From: Laspinema sp. D2d
GTDB taxonomy: Bacteria > Cyanobacteriota > Cyanobacteriia > Cyanobacteriales > Laspinemataceae
NCBI RefSeq assembly: GCF_025370755.1
Contig: NZ_JAMXFC010000004.1
Span: forward strand, 145,505 to 209,504
Direction: 5' to 3'
Length of the DNA: 64,000 bases
A model generated the notes under the pieces. That model made no database searches. It saw only the letters and a list, made by a program, of their open reading frames with translations, and was not told the DNA's origin. The position numbers were made by a program, and so were the translations under genes. This document shows, piece by piece, positions 20,701 through 30,676 of the stretch (positions are counted from its first letter, which is position 1; each line of letters starts with the position of its first letter).

Positions 20701-21826
20701 TCGGTTGAATAACTGCTTCTAGGACTACCGTTGTCCCATCTTTTTTAATCCCGACTGCTTCTGATGCTCCCTCCTGTGTCCATTGCCAGTCGGCCAACAT
20801 TAACCCAACGGTCTCTTCCGTTAAAATATAGCCTAAAGGCCGTCCAATCAGTTCATCGGCATCATATCCAAAGATTTTTTCCAAGGATTGATTCACCGCA
20901 ATCAGGCGATCGCTCTCATAAAAGAAAATCCCTTCCACTGTCGATTCAGCGAGGGTTTTAAACCGTTGTTCATTAGCTCGGAGTGTTCCCTCTGCCTGCT
21001 TGCTTTCGGTGATATCTCGGCTAATTTTAGAGAATCCGTAAAGATTCCCCTCAGTATCATATAAAGGGGTAATCACTTCATGCACCCAAAAGCGGGTTCC
21101 GTCCTTTCGCAATCGTTCTGCTTCTTGTTCCAATCGTCCCTGTTCTACCGCCTGTTTCAAATCTCGTTCCGGTTGACTTTCGGCTACCGCTTCAGGGGGA
21201 TAAAAGCAGGAAAAATGTTGGCCGATAATCTCCTCGGCTGCATACCCTTTGAGGCGTTTTGCTCCCGGATTCCAACTATTGACCCGTCCATCCGGTGCCA
21301 GCATATACAGTCCATAATCTTGAATGCCATCTACCAATAACTGAAAGTTTTGTTCACTTTGCAGAAACGAGTCAAGATGTAATTGAGCCGTTTTGGAACT
21401 TTGGGCATACCGTTCTTTCGTTTGTTGCAATGAGCCGATCGCGATCGCAATTGCCGATCCTTCAATTAAAAATAAAATTAACCGAAATATTTGGCCCCGA
21501 CTGTTGTCTACAACCCCATAAAGGGGAGATGAAAAGAAGTAACCGCTGGCTAATCCGGCCCCTAGGGTCGCCATCAGTCCCCCTATCTTCCCCCCAAACC
21601 AAGCACTGACCATAATCGCCGCAAAATATACCAAAAATGGGCTTTCGGGTAAAATTAAGGGTGCGATGGTATTTTTAATCCCCGTGGCAAGGCTGACACT
21701 CAGGAGGGCAATTGCCACAGGATGCAGGAGTTGTCGCCATCGGGTTAAAGGCTGATTTCTGGGATCGCACAACTGAGGCAGTTTGCTAAATAGACGCAGG
21801 AGGAGCGAGGGGCTGATTTTCATCAT
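17717..21826 (-). CDS. multi-sensor hybrid histidine kinase (DUF4118-like TM domain, multiple PAS/PAC, GAF, HisKA, HATPase, REC)
   Basis: This is a 1369-aa ORF. It has an N-terminal KdpD-like membrane domain and about five PAS repeats with TGVPRW/DIT-type PAC motifs. A GAF domain, HisKA (VSHELRTPLNSILGWAQLL), HATPase (GGLGLGL) and a C-terminal REC follow. Confidence 0.9.
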   Translation of the reverse strand: MMKISPSLLLRLFSKLPQLCDPRNQPLTRWRQLLHPVAIALLSVSLATGIKNTIAPLILPESPFLVYFAAIMVSAWFGGKIGGLMATLGAGLASGYFFSSPLYGVVDNSRGQIFRLILFLIEGSAIAIAIGSLQQTKERYAQSSKTAQLHLDSFLQSEQNFQLLVDGIQDYGLYMLAPDGRVNSWNPGAKRLKGYAAEEIIGQHFSCFYPPEAVAESQPERDLKQAVEQGRLEQEAERLRKDGTRFWVHEVITPLYDTEGNLYGFSKISRDITESKQAEGTLRANEQRFKTLAESTVEGIFFYESDRLIAVNQSLEKIFGYDADELIGRPLGYILTEETVGLMLADWQWTQEGASEAVGIKKDGTTVVLEAVIQPTVYLGRSVWMASVRDISDRKRAEAELQQTLKELSDFQFALDKSAIVATTDAKGTIQYVNEKFIQISKYSQSELIGQDHRLINSGYHPKEFFINLWATIARGEVWRGEIKNRAKDGTYYWVDTVIVPFLDSQGKPFQYLAIRYDITQRKQTEEALRDSEKRFRDMADTAPVLLWVANCQGQWTFLNKWGLNFIGVLLEADPELNPRDRIHYEDQLQCVLSYQQAVKVGQPFTQEYRLKRSDGAYRWMLETGVPRWNPEGNLVGFIGSAIDITPLKEAEAERIELLQLEQSARTQAEASEQYYRFLSEAIPQMVWTALPDGTLDYLSHRWSEYTGLSEAELLGWGWEPIVHPDDLCECRDKWMACVEHGHPYEIEARMRRGSDGAYRWHLGLAVPMRDHQGEIVKWFGTNTDIHERKEAQEERMELLEREKAARILSERATTMVHRLQAIVDVAIAPLSLHDLLQELLDRVTVVLEVDAVVILLMNPEQTALIVTATKGLDLEQPISASIPIPLGLGFAGKIAQTRQPMRIERDAHTQVISPLFRHKKIESMMGAPMILDDQVLGVLHVSTESPREFMAEDVYLLQLVADRVALAIDRANLYEAQQQARDRAEKANRLKDEFLAIVSHELRTPLNSILGWAQLLRARTLKEETRQKALETIERNAKHQVTLIDDILDVSRIVRGKIRLNRVPLYLETLVEQAISTLTPAAEAKSIQLLTQFNASGQIILGDSSRLHQIVWNLLSNAVKFTPHGGQVTVGIDRVGDRIEFRVQDTGIGISPDFLPHVFEGFRQANSSSTRTHGGLGLGLTIVRYLVELHGGTVQAFSQGEGTGTTFTVALPIRVSQSPLPEPDTVMLDEKTMAKYALNIAGLQVLVVDDDRDTGELIAQVLAEYGVQTTVVVSAAEALAVTERSRHDILISDIGMPEEDGYVLIRKIRQREAGYGKPIPAIALTAFAREEDRQQALLAGFHLHVAKPVEPLKLATALAEIAQQTGLI

Positions 21827-22184
21827 GATTCAAAGGGGTCGGGAGCTTGGGGATGGCACTTTCAAAATGTGAACAGGAGAACGTTAAGAAACCGTTTCAT
21901 CATAGAGAGAGGTGCTTTTTTTCCTTTTTTGTGCTAACCCCAGGTTCCAGTTTAACCTCAGCCTCTTTTTCGTTCTATTCCTCCCATTTTAGAATTTGGA
22001 CATGATTTCTGGTGAAAAAATGGACAAAACTCAGTTAACCCGAATTTATCAAGTAAATATACCTAGCTTAACTGATTTTATTTTCTCCTCAAATCGCGCT
22101 AAGGACAACTCCAATTACTCCCAGGGTCAGTTTAATTACATTAGAATCGCATGGAGTAGGCATTAGTATATCGGAACATGAGGA

Positions 22185-23504
22185 ATGGCGATGGATGAAA
22201 TGTTAACGGCCCAATCCTTACCTCGCAGGCCCCATCTGGTCACCCCCTTACCGGGACCCCGCGCCCAAGAACTGGTCCAGCGCGATCGCTCAGTGACCTC
22301 TCCCTCTTATACCCGAGGATACCCCTTAGTCGTAGCCCGGGGAGAAGGTTGCTCGATCCAGGATGTGGATGGCAATGTCTTCCTCGACTTTACCGCAGGC
22401 ATTGCCGTCACCGCCACGGGACACGCTCATCCCCAGGTAGTGCAAGCGATTCAAGCTCAGGCGGCCCAGTTGATCCATATGTCCGGGACCGATTTTTACT
22501 ATGAACCAATGGTGCAACTGGCGGAACAGTTGGCAAAACTCGCCCCGTTTCCCCAAGGTGCGAAGGTCTTTTTCAGCAATTCCGGGGCGGAATCCAACGA
22601 AGGGGCGCTCAAATTAGCCCGCTATGCGACGGGAAGGACTCAGATTGTGGCCTTTCTGGGGGCATTCCACGGGCGCACCTTTGGGGCCATGTCCCTCACA
22701 GGTTCCAAAGCAGTCCAACGGCAAGGATTTGGACCCTTGTTACCGGGAATTACTCATATTCCCTACGGTACTCATGCCAGTTTAGATTATCTGGAGTTTC
22801 AACTGTTTAAAACCGTGTTACCCCCGGAGGAATTGGCGGCGATCGTTGTCGAACCGATTCAAGGGGAAGGAGGATATCTGGTGCCAGAAGATGGATTCCT
22901 CGCCCGAATTCGCGAGATTTGCAGTCGTCATCACAGTTTGATGGTGGTGGATGAAGTACAATCGGGCATGGGTCGCACGGGCAAGTTGTTCGCGGTGGAA
23001 CATTGGAATGTGATGCCCGATATCATTACTCTGGCGAAAGGGATTGCCAGTGGATTACCCCTCGGGGCCATTCTCGCGCGTCCAGAATTGATGACATGGC
23101 CGCCCGGTTCTCACGCTACCACCTTTGGCGGCAATCCGGTTGCTTGTGCCGCCGCCAATGCAACGTTACAGATTCTCACTCAAGGAGCGATCGCCAATGC
23201 TGCCCAAATGGGGGAGTTGTTACAGGAAGGGTTAAGGAAATTAGCCCATCGCTATCCCCAACTCTCACAACCGAGAGGAAAAGGGTTAATGGTGGCGGTG
23301 GATTTACTGGATGAATCCGGTGGTTTTGACCCATCCTTACGCGATCGCGCGATCGATGAGGCATTCTACCACGGACTATTACTGATTGGCTGTGGTAAAT
23401 CCGCTATCCGCTTTTGTCCCCCATTGGTGGTTGACGCTGAACAAATTCAGGTGGCGTTAGAGATTCTGGACGCCTGTTTTGCCAAACTATTGACCACAGG
23501 GTAA
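22185..23504 (+). CDS. class-III pyridoxal-phosphate aminotransferase (GabT/ArgD-like)
   Basis: The 439-aa product carries the class III aminotransferase fold motifs ([10 protein letters not shown]..., [21 protein letters not shown]). Confidence 0.85.
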   Translation: MAMDEMLTAQSLPRRPHLVTPLPGPRAQELVQRDRSVTSPSYTRGYPLVVARGEGCSIQDVDGNVFLDFTAGIAVTATGHAHPQVVQAIQAQAAQLIHMSGTDFYYEPMVQLAEQLAKLAPFPQGAKVFFSNSGAESNEGALKLARYATGRTQIVAFLGAFHGRTFGAMSLTGSKAVQRQGFGPLLPGITHIPYGTHASLDYLEFQLFKTVLPPEELAAIVVEPIQGEGGYLVPEDGFLARIREICSRHHSLMVVDEVQSGMGRTGKLFAVEHWNVMPDIITLAKGIASGLPLGAILARPELMTWPPGSHATTFGGNPVACAAANATLQILTQGAIANAAQMGELLQEGLRKLAHRYPQLSQPRGKGLMVAVDLLDESGGFDPSLRDRAIDEAFYHGLLLIGCGKSAIRFCPPLVVDAEQIQVALEILDACFAKLLTTG

Positions 23505-23636
23505 CGCTTTAGGGTTTCTGCATTCGGTCAATGGGACAAGAAATGGGGTTTTTTGTCCTACATTCTCGACTCCTGTACCAATTCCCTTGGCCGATCGCCT
23601 CTTGATGTTTCTCTCACAATTCCCGGAGATATTCCG

Positions 23637-24599
23637 ATGAAACAAGCATTAGTCGCCCAAGCGCTATGGCATCAACTCTGGCTAGACTACAGTCACCGGG
23701 TTCCCTATGCCCGAATTTACGAGGGGGTCATTGCTGAAGCGGGGGGAACCGTTGCCAATGATCATATCGCCTTTCGTTCCCTGGCCCTCTCCATTGAAAC
23801 GGCGATCGGAAGGGTGAATCTAGGTATCCCTCATCTGGAACAGGTTCTGGATGGGTTGGGGTATGTGCCAATGGGCGAGTTATCTTTCCCCTCCCAAAAC
23901 CTTTATGCGCGGCACTATTGCCATCCCCAACAGGACGAGTTTGATTTGCCGAAACTGTTTATCAGTGAGTTAAGGGTGGATCATCTGCCCCCCGAGGTGC
24001 GATCGCATTTGGAAAAAACGGTACAGTCAGGTTTAGATTTAGAGGGGTTATTAGAGTGTCAGTCTGCTATTCAAGACTTAAAGGCGATGGACACTTCCTC
24101 CCCAGACCCTCACATCCTAGCCCAGCGACTCAAATGCCTGTTTGTTCGTCCCTGGATGCCTCCGGTGCGATCGCACCTGGAAACAGTGAATGCGGTCAGT
24201 CAGTATGGGGCCTGGGTCTTGCTACATGGCTATGCCGTCAACCATTTTACCGGCTATATCAACCGCCAAAATACTCCCGCCTACCCGGATATCGAAACCA
24301 CCGCCCAAGCACTTCGGAAGAGAGGTGTCCCGATGAAAGCTGAAATTGAAGGGACTGCCGAAGTTGGATTACGTCAAACCGCAACCCAGGCGGTACAGGA
24401 ATCCGTCATCGTCCGCAGTCAGCCCGAGGGTCCTTTTCAGGAAATTCCCTGGACCTACGCCTATTATGAAATCGCCCAACGATTTGCGATCGAACCCACC
24501 CCAGGACATCCTGAACTCTTTCAAGGGTTCCTAGGCCCCAACGCGGCCCAACTCTTTGAAATGACCCGTTCCCCAGGAAGCATCGCCCCTCCCGGGTAA
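23637..24599 (+). CDS. conserved hypothetical protein, possibly DUF1338/YdcJ-like
   Basis: The long ORF has an RBS (GGAGA) before the ATG at 23637. I recognise no catalytic motif with certainty. The DUF1338 assignment is tentative. Confidence 0.45.
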   Translation: MKQALVAQALWHQLWLDYSHRVPYARIYEGVIAEAGGTVANDHIAFRSLALSIETAIGRVNLGIPHLEQVLDGLGYVPMGELSFPSQNLYARHYCHPQQDEFDLPKLFISELRVDHLPPEVRSHLEKTVQSGLDLEGLLECQSAIQDLKAMDTSSPDPHILAQRLKCLFVRPWMPPVRSHLETVNAVSQYGAWVLLHGYAVNHFTGYINRQNTPAYPDIETTAQALRKRGVPMKAEIEGTAEVGLRQTATQAVQESVIVRSQPEGPFQEIPWTYAYYEIAQRFAIEPTPGHPELFQGFLGPNAAQLFEMTRSPGSIAPPG

Positions 24600-24872
24600 T
24601 TTTGTAAAATTTGTCGGTAAATTTAGTTAATGGTAGCTTTCACTACAGTTTTGCCCTCCAGCTTTTGCTAAAAGTTATTAAATAGAAAGCATTGCAGAAC
24701 TAAAAACTGTTGCTAACGGTAAAGCAGAGAACTTAATCCTTAATAGAATTCTGATTTGAATTGACGAATTTAAACTGGATTCAAAAGAATTGAGTCAACC
24801 TCGGAGTGGTTCTGTTTCTAAGTTTTACGTTCAACGCTTAGAAACAGTTGTTGGTTACACGGCGGGATAAAA

Positions 24873-24930
24873 GCCCGAAAGATAATAGCAGGTTTCCTGT
24901 TACTATCTTTCGGGCTATTTGTTTCTCTAT
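24873..24930 (+). terminator. long imperfect hairpin followed by a T-rich tract (rho-independent terminator-like)
   Basis: The arm gcccgaaagataatagcagg pairs with cctgttactatctttcgggc and is followed by tatttgtttctctattct. Confidence 0.45.
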
Positions 24931-25013
24931 TCTACGGGTTTAAAGTAACTATTTTCTACGGAATTCGGTTGTTAAAACTCGAATTCCGTATTATAACTAT
25001 TGCAAAATTCAGG

Positions 25014-25056
25014 AGAGATCCCCCCAACCCCCCTTACTAAGGGGGGCTTAAGAGAT
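25014..25056. repeat. GC-rich hairpin mini-repeat (family A: GAGATCCCCCCAACCCCCCTTA-loop-TAAGGGGGGCTT)
   Basis: A perfect palindrome ccccccttaCtaagggggg spans 25028-25046. A near-identical inverted copy lies at 59230-59276. The element sits between two convergent genes. Confidence 0.7.
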
Positions 25057-25118
25057 TTATGCCACAGGTTTAGTGTGAAACCCCACGCTAAATAATCTGC
25101 ATAAATCCTACCCTGAGT

Positions 25119-26852
25119 TTAAAATAGAAAATACCGCTGGGCTAAGGGCAAGACTTGCGCGGGTTCACAGGTGAGTAATTGACCATCGGCCCAAACTTGA
25201 TAGGTTTCTGGATCAACTTCGATATAAGGCAGGGTTTCATTTAATTTCATATCCCGTTTACCCACTTTTCGCGTGTCGGAAACGGCGATCGCCTGTTTTC
25301 GCAATCCTAACCGAGTTGGTACTTCTAATTCCAATGCCGCTTGGGAGACAAAGGTAAAAGATGTGGCAGTCCGAGACCCTCCAAAACTGGCAAACATCGG
25401 CTGAGAATGGACGGGTTGGGGCGTGGGAATACTGGCATTCGCATCACCCATTTGGGCGTAGGCGATCGCCCCGCCTTTGATGACTAATTCCGGTTTCACC
25501 CCAAAAAATGCCGGACGCCACAAACATAAATCTGCCAGTTTGCCTTCTTCAATCGACCCCACATAGTTAGAAATACCGTGGGTAATTGCGGGATTAATGG
25601 TATATTTGGCAATATAACGTCGCGCCCGGAAATTATCATGTTCTGTGGTACTGGGAATTGCATCTTTGCGGTCATCTGGGGACAAAAACCCCCGTTGTAC
25701 CTTCATTTTATGCGCCGTTTGCCAAGTGCGAATGATGGTTTCTCCCACCCGTCCCATTGCCTGAGAATCGGAGGAAATCATACTAAACGCCCCGAGGTCA
25801 TGTAAAATATCCTCGGCAGCAATGGTTTCGCGACGGATGCGGGATTCAGCAAAGGCGACATCTTCGGGGATACTGCGATCGAGGTGATGGCACACCATCA
25901 GCATATCCAGATGTTCTTCTAAGGTATTAACTGTATAAGGCCGCGTCGGATTAGTGGAAGAGGGGAGGACATTTTTTTGTCCGCAAACCTTGATAATATC
26001 CGGGGCGTGTCCTCCGCCAGCCCCTTCTGTATGGTAAGTATGAATAGTGCGGTCTTTAAAGGCGGCGATGGTTTCTTCCACAAATCCCGCTTCATTCAGG
26101 GTATCGGTATGGATGGCAACTTGTACATCATACTCATCGGCAACGGTGAGACAAGTATCGATCGCCGCTGGAGTCGTTCCCCAGTCTTCGTGTAACTTTA
26201 ATCCCATTGCACCAGCGAGGACCTGTTCCACTAAAGCGCGGGGTCTGCTGCTGTTGCCTTTTCCCATAAACCCGAGATTCACCGGGAAGGCATCGGCAGC
26301 TTGTAACATCCGGTGAATGTTCCAAGGTCCTGGAGTACAGGTGGTAGCATTTGTGCCTGTAGCGGGTCCAGTCCCCCCGCCTAACATAGTGGTAATTCCC
26401 GAGGCGATCGCCACCTCAATCTGTTGGGGACAAATAAAGTGTATATGGGCATCGATTCCCCCGGCGGTGAGAATCATCCCCTCCCCGGCGATCGCCTCGG
26501 TTCCTGGACCAATAATAATATCAACCTGGTCTTGAATATAAGGATTTCCTGCTTTACCAATTTTAAATATTTTGCCATCCCTGATGCCCACATCGGCTTT
26601 CACCACTCCCCACCAATCCAGAATCAGCGCATTGGTAATCACCAGATCCACCGCCCCGCTATCATTGGCAATGGGGGACTGTCCCATCCCATCGCGGATG
26701 ACTTTCCCCCCGCCAAATTTCACTTCATCGCCGTAGGTGGTTAAGTCTTGTTCAACTTCAATAAATAATTCTGTATCAGCTAACCGAATGCGATCGCCCA
26801 CCGTTGGGCCATAGGTTTCCGCATAAGCGCGGCGATCCATTTTATAACTCAT
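25119..26852 (-). CDS. ureC: urease alpha subunit
   Basis: Full-length UreC (577 aa) with the canonical N-terminus [29 protein letters not shown]. Nickel-site His motifs ([15 protein letters not shown]) are present. Confidence 0.95.
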   Translation of the reverse strand: MSYKMDRRAYAETYGPTVGDRIRLADTELFIEVEQDLTTYGDEVKFGGGKVIRDGMGQSPIANDSGAVDLVITNALILDWWGVVKADVGIRDGKIFKIGKAGNPYIQDQVDIIIGPGTEAIAGEGMILTAGGIDAHIHFICPQQIEVAIASGITTMLGGGTGPATGTNATTCTPGPWNIHRMLQAADAFPVNLGFMGKGNSSRPRALVEQVLAGAMGLKLHEDWGTTPAAIDTCLTVADEYDVQVAIHTDTLNEAGFVEETIAAFKDRTIHTYHTEGAGGGHAPDIIKVCGQKNVLPSSTNPTRPYTVNTLEEHLDMLMVCHHLDRSIPEDVAFAESRIRRETIAAEDILHDLGAFSMISSDSQAMGRVGETIIRTWQTAHKMKVQRGFLSPDDRKDAIPSTTEHDNFRARRYIAKYTINPAITHGISNYVGSIEEGKLADLCLWRPAFFGVKPELVIKGGAIAYAQMGDANASIPTPQPVHSQPMFASFGGSRTATSFTFVSQAALELEVPTRLGLRKQAIAVSDTRKVGKRDMKLNETLPYIEVDPETYQVWADGQLLTCEPAQVLPLAQRYFLF

Positions 26853-27224
26853 TGATGTTCCCTCACTCCATTCTCGCCCCTCATTTTAGGGTTCCAATTA
26901 GTTTATCCCATTTTAGGGAGAATTAAACCTTTGGGAAACCGTGGCAATTAAACAAAATAAAGAATCTACATGAATGCATCGAAATAGATGACGTCATACC
27001 AAATCTGATTACAAAAAGTCGGTTTTCTTTCTTAGCCCGCGCCCGCTGGCTTCGTCTGTATAGCCCCAGGCTTGACGCTGCGGGGTTTTATAGCCCGACT
27101 ACAACCGGATTCCGTATCAATAAGGCGATCGCAACGCAAGTTTCAAAGTAAACACCCCACACCCTTGCGAGTGGGGGTGTTTCTCAACCTCCAAAAATCG
27201 GATTTGGTTTCAATCCTAATCGGG

Positions 27225-29267
27225 TTAATTCCAATTCCCAATCATGGTAAACGCCGACCAAAAATAAGGATGAGATAGGTTCATCGTTTTTTCTATCCCC
27301 AATTCCGGGGGTAAAGGGACAGTTGTACCATTCGAGAGAACTAACATTCCATTTTCTATGCGCACCTCTCCCCTTAACAGTGCCAGTTGAGTTTGCCGTA
27401 AAGCTTCGGCTTTAAGGGGCTTTTCTCCCAGTTGGGAATAAAATTCACTCATTAATCCTAAAGTTCCCGCATCGCTGACATACCAGAAACTCGCTAACGA
27501 TGCTTTCGCCCCAGAAAGTACCGCTAACCCGGCAAATCCCAACTCAGCTTGGGTATCTCCTACTGCCGTCCGACAAGCACTTAAGGTTAATAGTTCAATG
27601 GGAGGATTCTGCGAGGTATTCCACCCCAGTTCCGTGGCTAAGTCTCGAATTTGGTTCAGCCCGACCCGACTATCGTAAAACGTGATAAAAGAGTTATCCA
27701 AATTTCCCCCTTGAAATTCGGCGTGGGTTGCCAAATGGATAATTCCATATTGTTTTTCCAGGTTAATTTTTCGGAAATTAGCGGCAGTAAACTCTTCATT
27801 CAGGAAGACATTTCCCTTCCACGGATCGCTGACAATATTTTGTAACTCAGTCGGCACTCCAGGCAAAGGATTAAGATCTTCAAAAATAGCCGAACCCATC
27901 CCTAAAACTTCTCGGTTGCGGATATCGGAATAGGTGACATCGGTTAAGCCAAAACTGGGGACTAAAGCAACGGCATATTTTTCCACTAAAAACTGTTCCC
28001 CATCATGTAATGCCCCCAGGGGAAGGGTTCTCAACCCAGAATCCATCGAAAAAACTAAGGTTTCAATCCCATTGGCTTCTAGTTGTGCTTCCATTGGAGC
28101 AATCAGGGACTGATAGAGTTGTTGGGAACTGGGCAAGTAACTCCGAGTGTTGATCTTTCGGGAATTAGTCAGTTCCGATCGCAAGTTCTGCACCTGTTCA
28201 AAAAGCTGTGTCTGAGAGACATTGGGCACGGTTTCGCGAACGGCTATATCTGTTGTCCTCTCAATCAATCCTTGGGCTAAATCCGTGGAAGCCACTAAGT
28301 CAGAACTGCCCCCCGACACTCGAAAATTGTGCGGGAAAATCATCACCAGTTCTAATTGTTCCGCTAACGCAGAGACATAAATAAATGCACTCTTGTTACC
28401 CGTCGCTTGCCACAAATCATACAAAGTTTGGGCAATATCATCGGGAGTCGCGGTTTCCCCAAATAACTGCACTTCTAAATAATTGCCAAACTCCATTGCC
28501 TGATATTCTTCCAACATTTGAACCGCCACCCCAACATCAGCAACAGCTAACTGACTTTCATAACCCGGGCGATCGACTTCTTGATCAGAAAGTGGACTCA
28601 TGGGCTGTGCCTCTCCCGTTGTGCTGGGGGCATCTTCAAGAATCTGACCCTGTATAGGATTGGTACTTTCGGTTGTAGGGTCCGGTTCGGGATTATTCTC
28701 ACTCACCGGAGGCGGAATTTCCTCCCCACTGGGTATCTCTGGATTCTCGGGGATGACAATCGGGGCACTAGGTTCAGGCGAATCAGTATTAATTGGTTCA
28801 AGGGTTTGAATGGGAATCGGTGTCAGCACTTCCCCTGGGCTGTCAACAGGGATGACAGGGGTATCCCCAGGTGGGATGTCTGCGGGAGTTTCCGTAGGAG
28901 TTTCCGTAGGAGTCTCTGTGGGAGTGTTTGTAGGAGTCTCTGTGGGAGTGTCTGTAGGAGTCTCTGTGGGAGTTTCCGTAGGAGTCTCTGTGGGAGTGTC
29001 TGTAGGAGTAGGTAAAGGAGTGATAACTCCTGTGGGTATGATCGGTGGTGGTTCATCGGGTACCGGATCTACGGGTACTGGATCTACGGGTACTGGATCT
29101 ACGGGTACTGGATCTACGGGTACTGGATCTACGGGTACTGGATCTATGGGTACGGTGGGTCCCGTGACATCCGACTGATTTTGCGTCTGGGTGATGGCAG
29201 GAGCAGGAGCGATCGCCACCAATACCACAGGCAGAACCCATTTCATGCCTAACTTCAATAGTTTCAT
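27225..29267 (-). CDS. secreted CHAT-domain (caspase-like) protein with N-terminal Pro/Thr-rich tandem repeats
   Basis: A signal peptide is followed by (PVD)n and (TPTE)n low-complexity repeats. The C-terminal CHAT domain carries the His (IIHLATHAEF) and Cys (LSACRTAVGD) catalytic dyad. Confidence 0.85.
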   Translation of the reverse strand: MKLLKLGMKWVLPVVLVAIAPAPAITQTQNQSDVTGPTVPIDPVPVDPVPVDPVPVDPVPVDPVPVDPVPDEPPPIIPTGVITPLPTPTDTPTETPTETPTETPTDTPTETPTNTPTETPTETPTETPADIPPGDTPVIPVDSPGEVLTPIPIQTLEPINTDSPEPSAPIVIPENPEIPSGEEIPPPVSENNPEPDPTTESTNPIQGQILEDAPSTTGEAQPMSPLSDQEVDRPGYESQLAVADVGVAVQMLEEYQAMEFGNYLEVQLFGETATPDDIAQTLYDLWQATGNKSAFIYVSALAEQLELVMIFPHNFRVSGGSSDLVASTDLAQGLIERTTDIAVRETVPNVSQTQLFEQVQNLRSELTNSRKINTRSYLPSSQQLYQSLIAPMEAQLEANGIETLVFSMDSGLRTLPLGALHDGEQFLVEKYAVALVPSFGLTDVTYSDIRNREVLGMGSAIFEDLNPLPGVPTELQNIVSDPWKGNVFLNEEFTAANFRKINLEKQYGIIHLATHAEFQGGNLDNSFITFYDSRVGLNQIRDLATELGWNTSQNPPIELLTLSACRTAVGDTQAELGFAGLAVLSGAKASLASFWYVSDAGTLGLMSEFYSQLGEKPLKAEALRQTQLALLRGEVRIENGMLVLSNGTTVPLPPELGIEKTMNLSHPYFWSAFTMIGNWN
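28870..29150. repeat. in-frame tandem nucleotide repeats (15-bp and ~30-bp units) encoding PVDPV and TPTETP repeats
   Basis: The 15-bp unit ggtactggatctacg is repeated about 7 times. The 30-bp unit gtaggagtctctgtgggagtgtctgtagga is repeated about 4 times. Confidence 0.85.
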
Positions 29268-29297
29268 TGTGAGATTCCTTTTATAAAAAAGCCTGTC

Positions 29298-30344
29298 TTA
29301 GAACCGATCAAAGGTAAACCCATAACCAATCCCCAAAATAAACCTTGTACCATCTCCAGCATTTCCAGTTATGTCTGTAATCGCCGGAGAAATCACCAAG
29401 GGAATATTTCGGAACGGCACAACAGAGACTCCCAAAGTGAGGTCTTGACCCGTCCATTCGGCGATCGCACTCACAGGAGGAGCAACCCGTACTGCTACCG
29501 ATCCAAACAGTCCAAGAGTCCCCTCTTCCGCCTCGATATCCGACTCCGATCGGTACTGTCCCCCTCCAACCCCCAGGGTCAAATACAATTGACTCCAAAG
29601 CTTCTCTGGCTCATCTAAAACAAACCGTTTCGTTACCACGCCATACCCAGAGGTTCCTCCATCGGTTTCTCCCCAAGTGAGCGCTCCTTGTACCCCAGCG
29701 GCAATGCCAAAATCGTTCGGCAATTGCCGATGTAATTTTAAGCTCATACTGCCATCCTCAAAGGTATCGCCCCATAAATCGGTTACCGTCACACCAACGG
29801 TTAAACCAATATTTTCCCGAGGATTTCCAAAGCCAATACCGAATCCGGCAACCCCATCGCTGCTATCTGTAAACCGAGTTCGTTCCTGTAAACCCACCCC
29901 AAATCCTGCACTTCCCCAACCGGCACCATAACCGGAAGGAATCATCACTGTAATCCCTGGAGAAGCGAGATAGGGTTTGCTTTGAGTGGTAACATCCGTG
30001 CGCGGGCGAAACGGGATTCTTTCAGGAATGAACGGTTGTTCCCCGGGAATCCCTCGATGTAAGGGAACCCCTTGGCGGGGGGCTGTTCCTTCCGGTGGGG
30101 TGGCGGGTTCCCCTTGGGCAATCTCACTTTGGGGGTGAACGGCATCCGGTTCAGGAAAAAGCACTTCGGTGCGATCGCCCTGAATGGGTTGGAACAATAA
30201 AGGCTCCAGATTGGCAGCATCCGCAGAGAATTCCAGCTTATCCCCGAACCCCTCTGCTTGCCAGGGTTCTACCTCACCCGCTTGGGCGACATCAACGGGA
30301 AACAAAATCCCAAGGAGAAGTAACTCAACGATCATACATTTCAT
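29298..30344 (-). CDS. putative outer-membrane beta-barrel protein with a Pro-rich N-terminal region
   Basis: A signal peptide is followed by about 12 amphipathic alternating beta-strand segments. The C-terminus ends in an aromatic residue (..GYGFTFDRF). The gene lies 30 bp upstream of and co-oriented with the CHAT gene. Confidence 0.55.
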   Translation of the reverse strand: MKCMIVELLLLGILFPVDVAQAGEVEPWQAEGFGDKLEFSADAANLEPLLFQPIQGDRTEVLFPEPDAVHPQSEIAQGEPATPPEGTAPRQGVPLHRGIPGEQPFIPERIPFRPRTDVTTQSKPYLASPGITVMIPSGYGAGWGSAGFGVGLQERTRFTDSSDGVAGFGIGFGNPRENIGLTVGVTVTDLWGDTFEDGSMSLKLHRQLPNDFGIAAGVQGALTWGETDGGTSGYGVVTKRFVLDEPEKLWSQLYLTLGVGGGQYRSESDIEAEEGTLGLFGSVAVRVAPPVSAIAEWTGQDLTLGVSVVPFRNIPLVISPAITDITGNAGDGTRFILGIGYGFTFDRF

Positions 30345-30676
30345 TAGTGGCGAGGCTAAACAATAAATACCCCTTTGAGGATTGTACCCATTCTGATCCA
30401 CAAAATCACATTTTCCTTTACCGAACTTAAGACAGAGATGTTTCCCCTTCATCCCAGGGGGAAGAATCTAGTCAAAAATACTTACCTTTGTTCTCTCACC
30501 TGGGTGCAAAGTGTGACAGCGATTGTAGCAATTCTGACTCAAGCGATCGCTGTCACGCATCGGGTGTATTTTATCCGGGATAGCGAGTTGCTGATCCAGA
30601 TCACCCCATCCCTAAAATCCTTGTTTATAGTAAAGCTATCCTATAAACTATTCTCTGCCTGGAGGATATTTAAAAC

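Noticed and set aside
28581-29241. Several plus-strand ORFs (28581-29015, 28810-29178) and a minus-strand frame (29053-29241) within the CHAT repeat region
   Set aside because: These are artefacts of translating perfect tandem repeats in alternative frames (poly-GVSV, poly-RRSST). The CHAT reading frame is the only one with a signal peptide and a domain.
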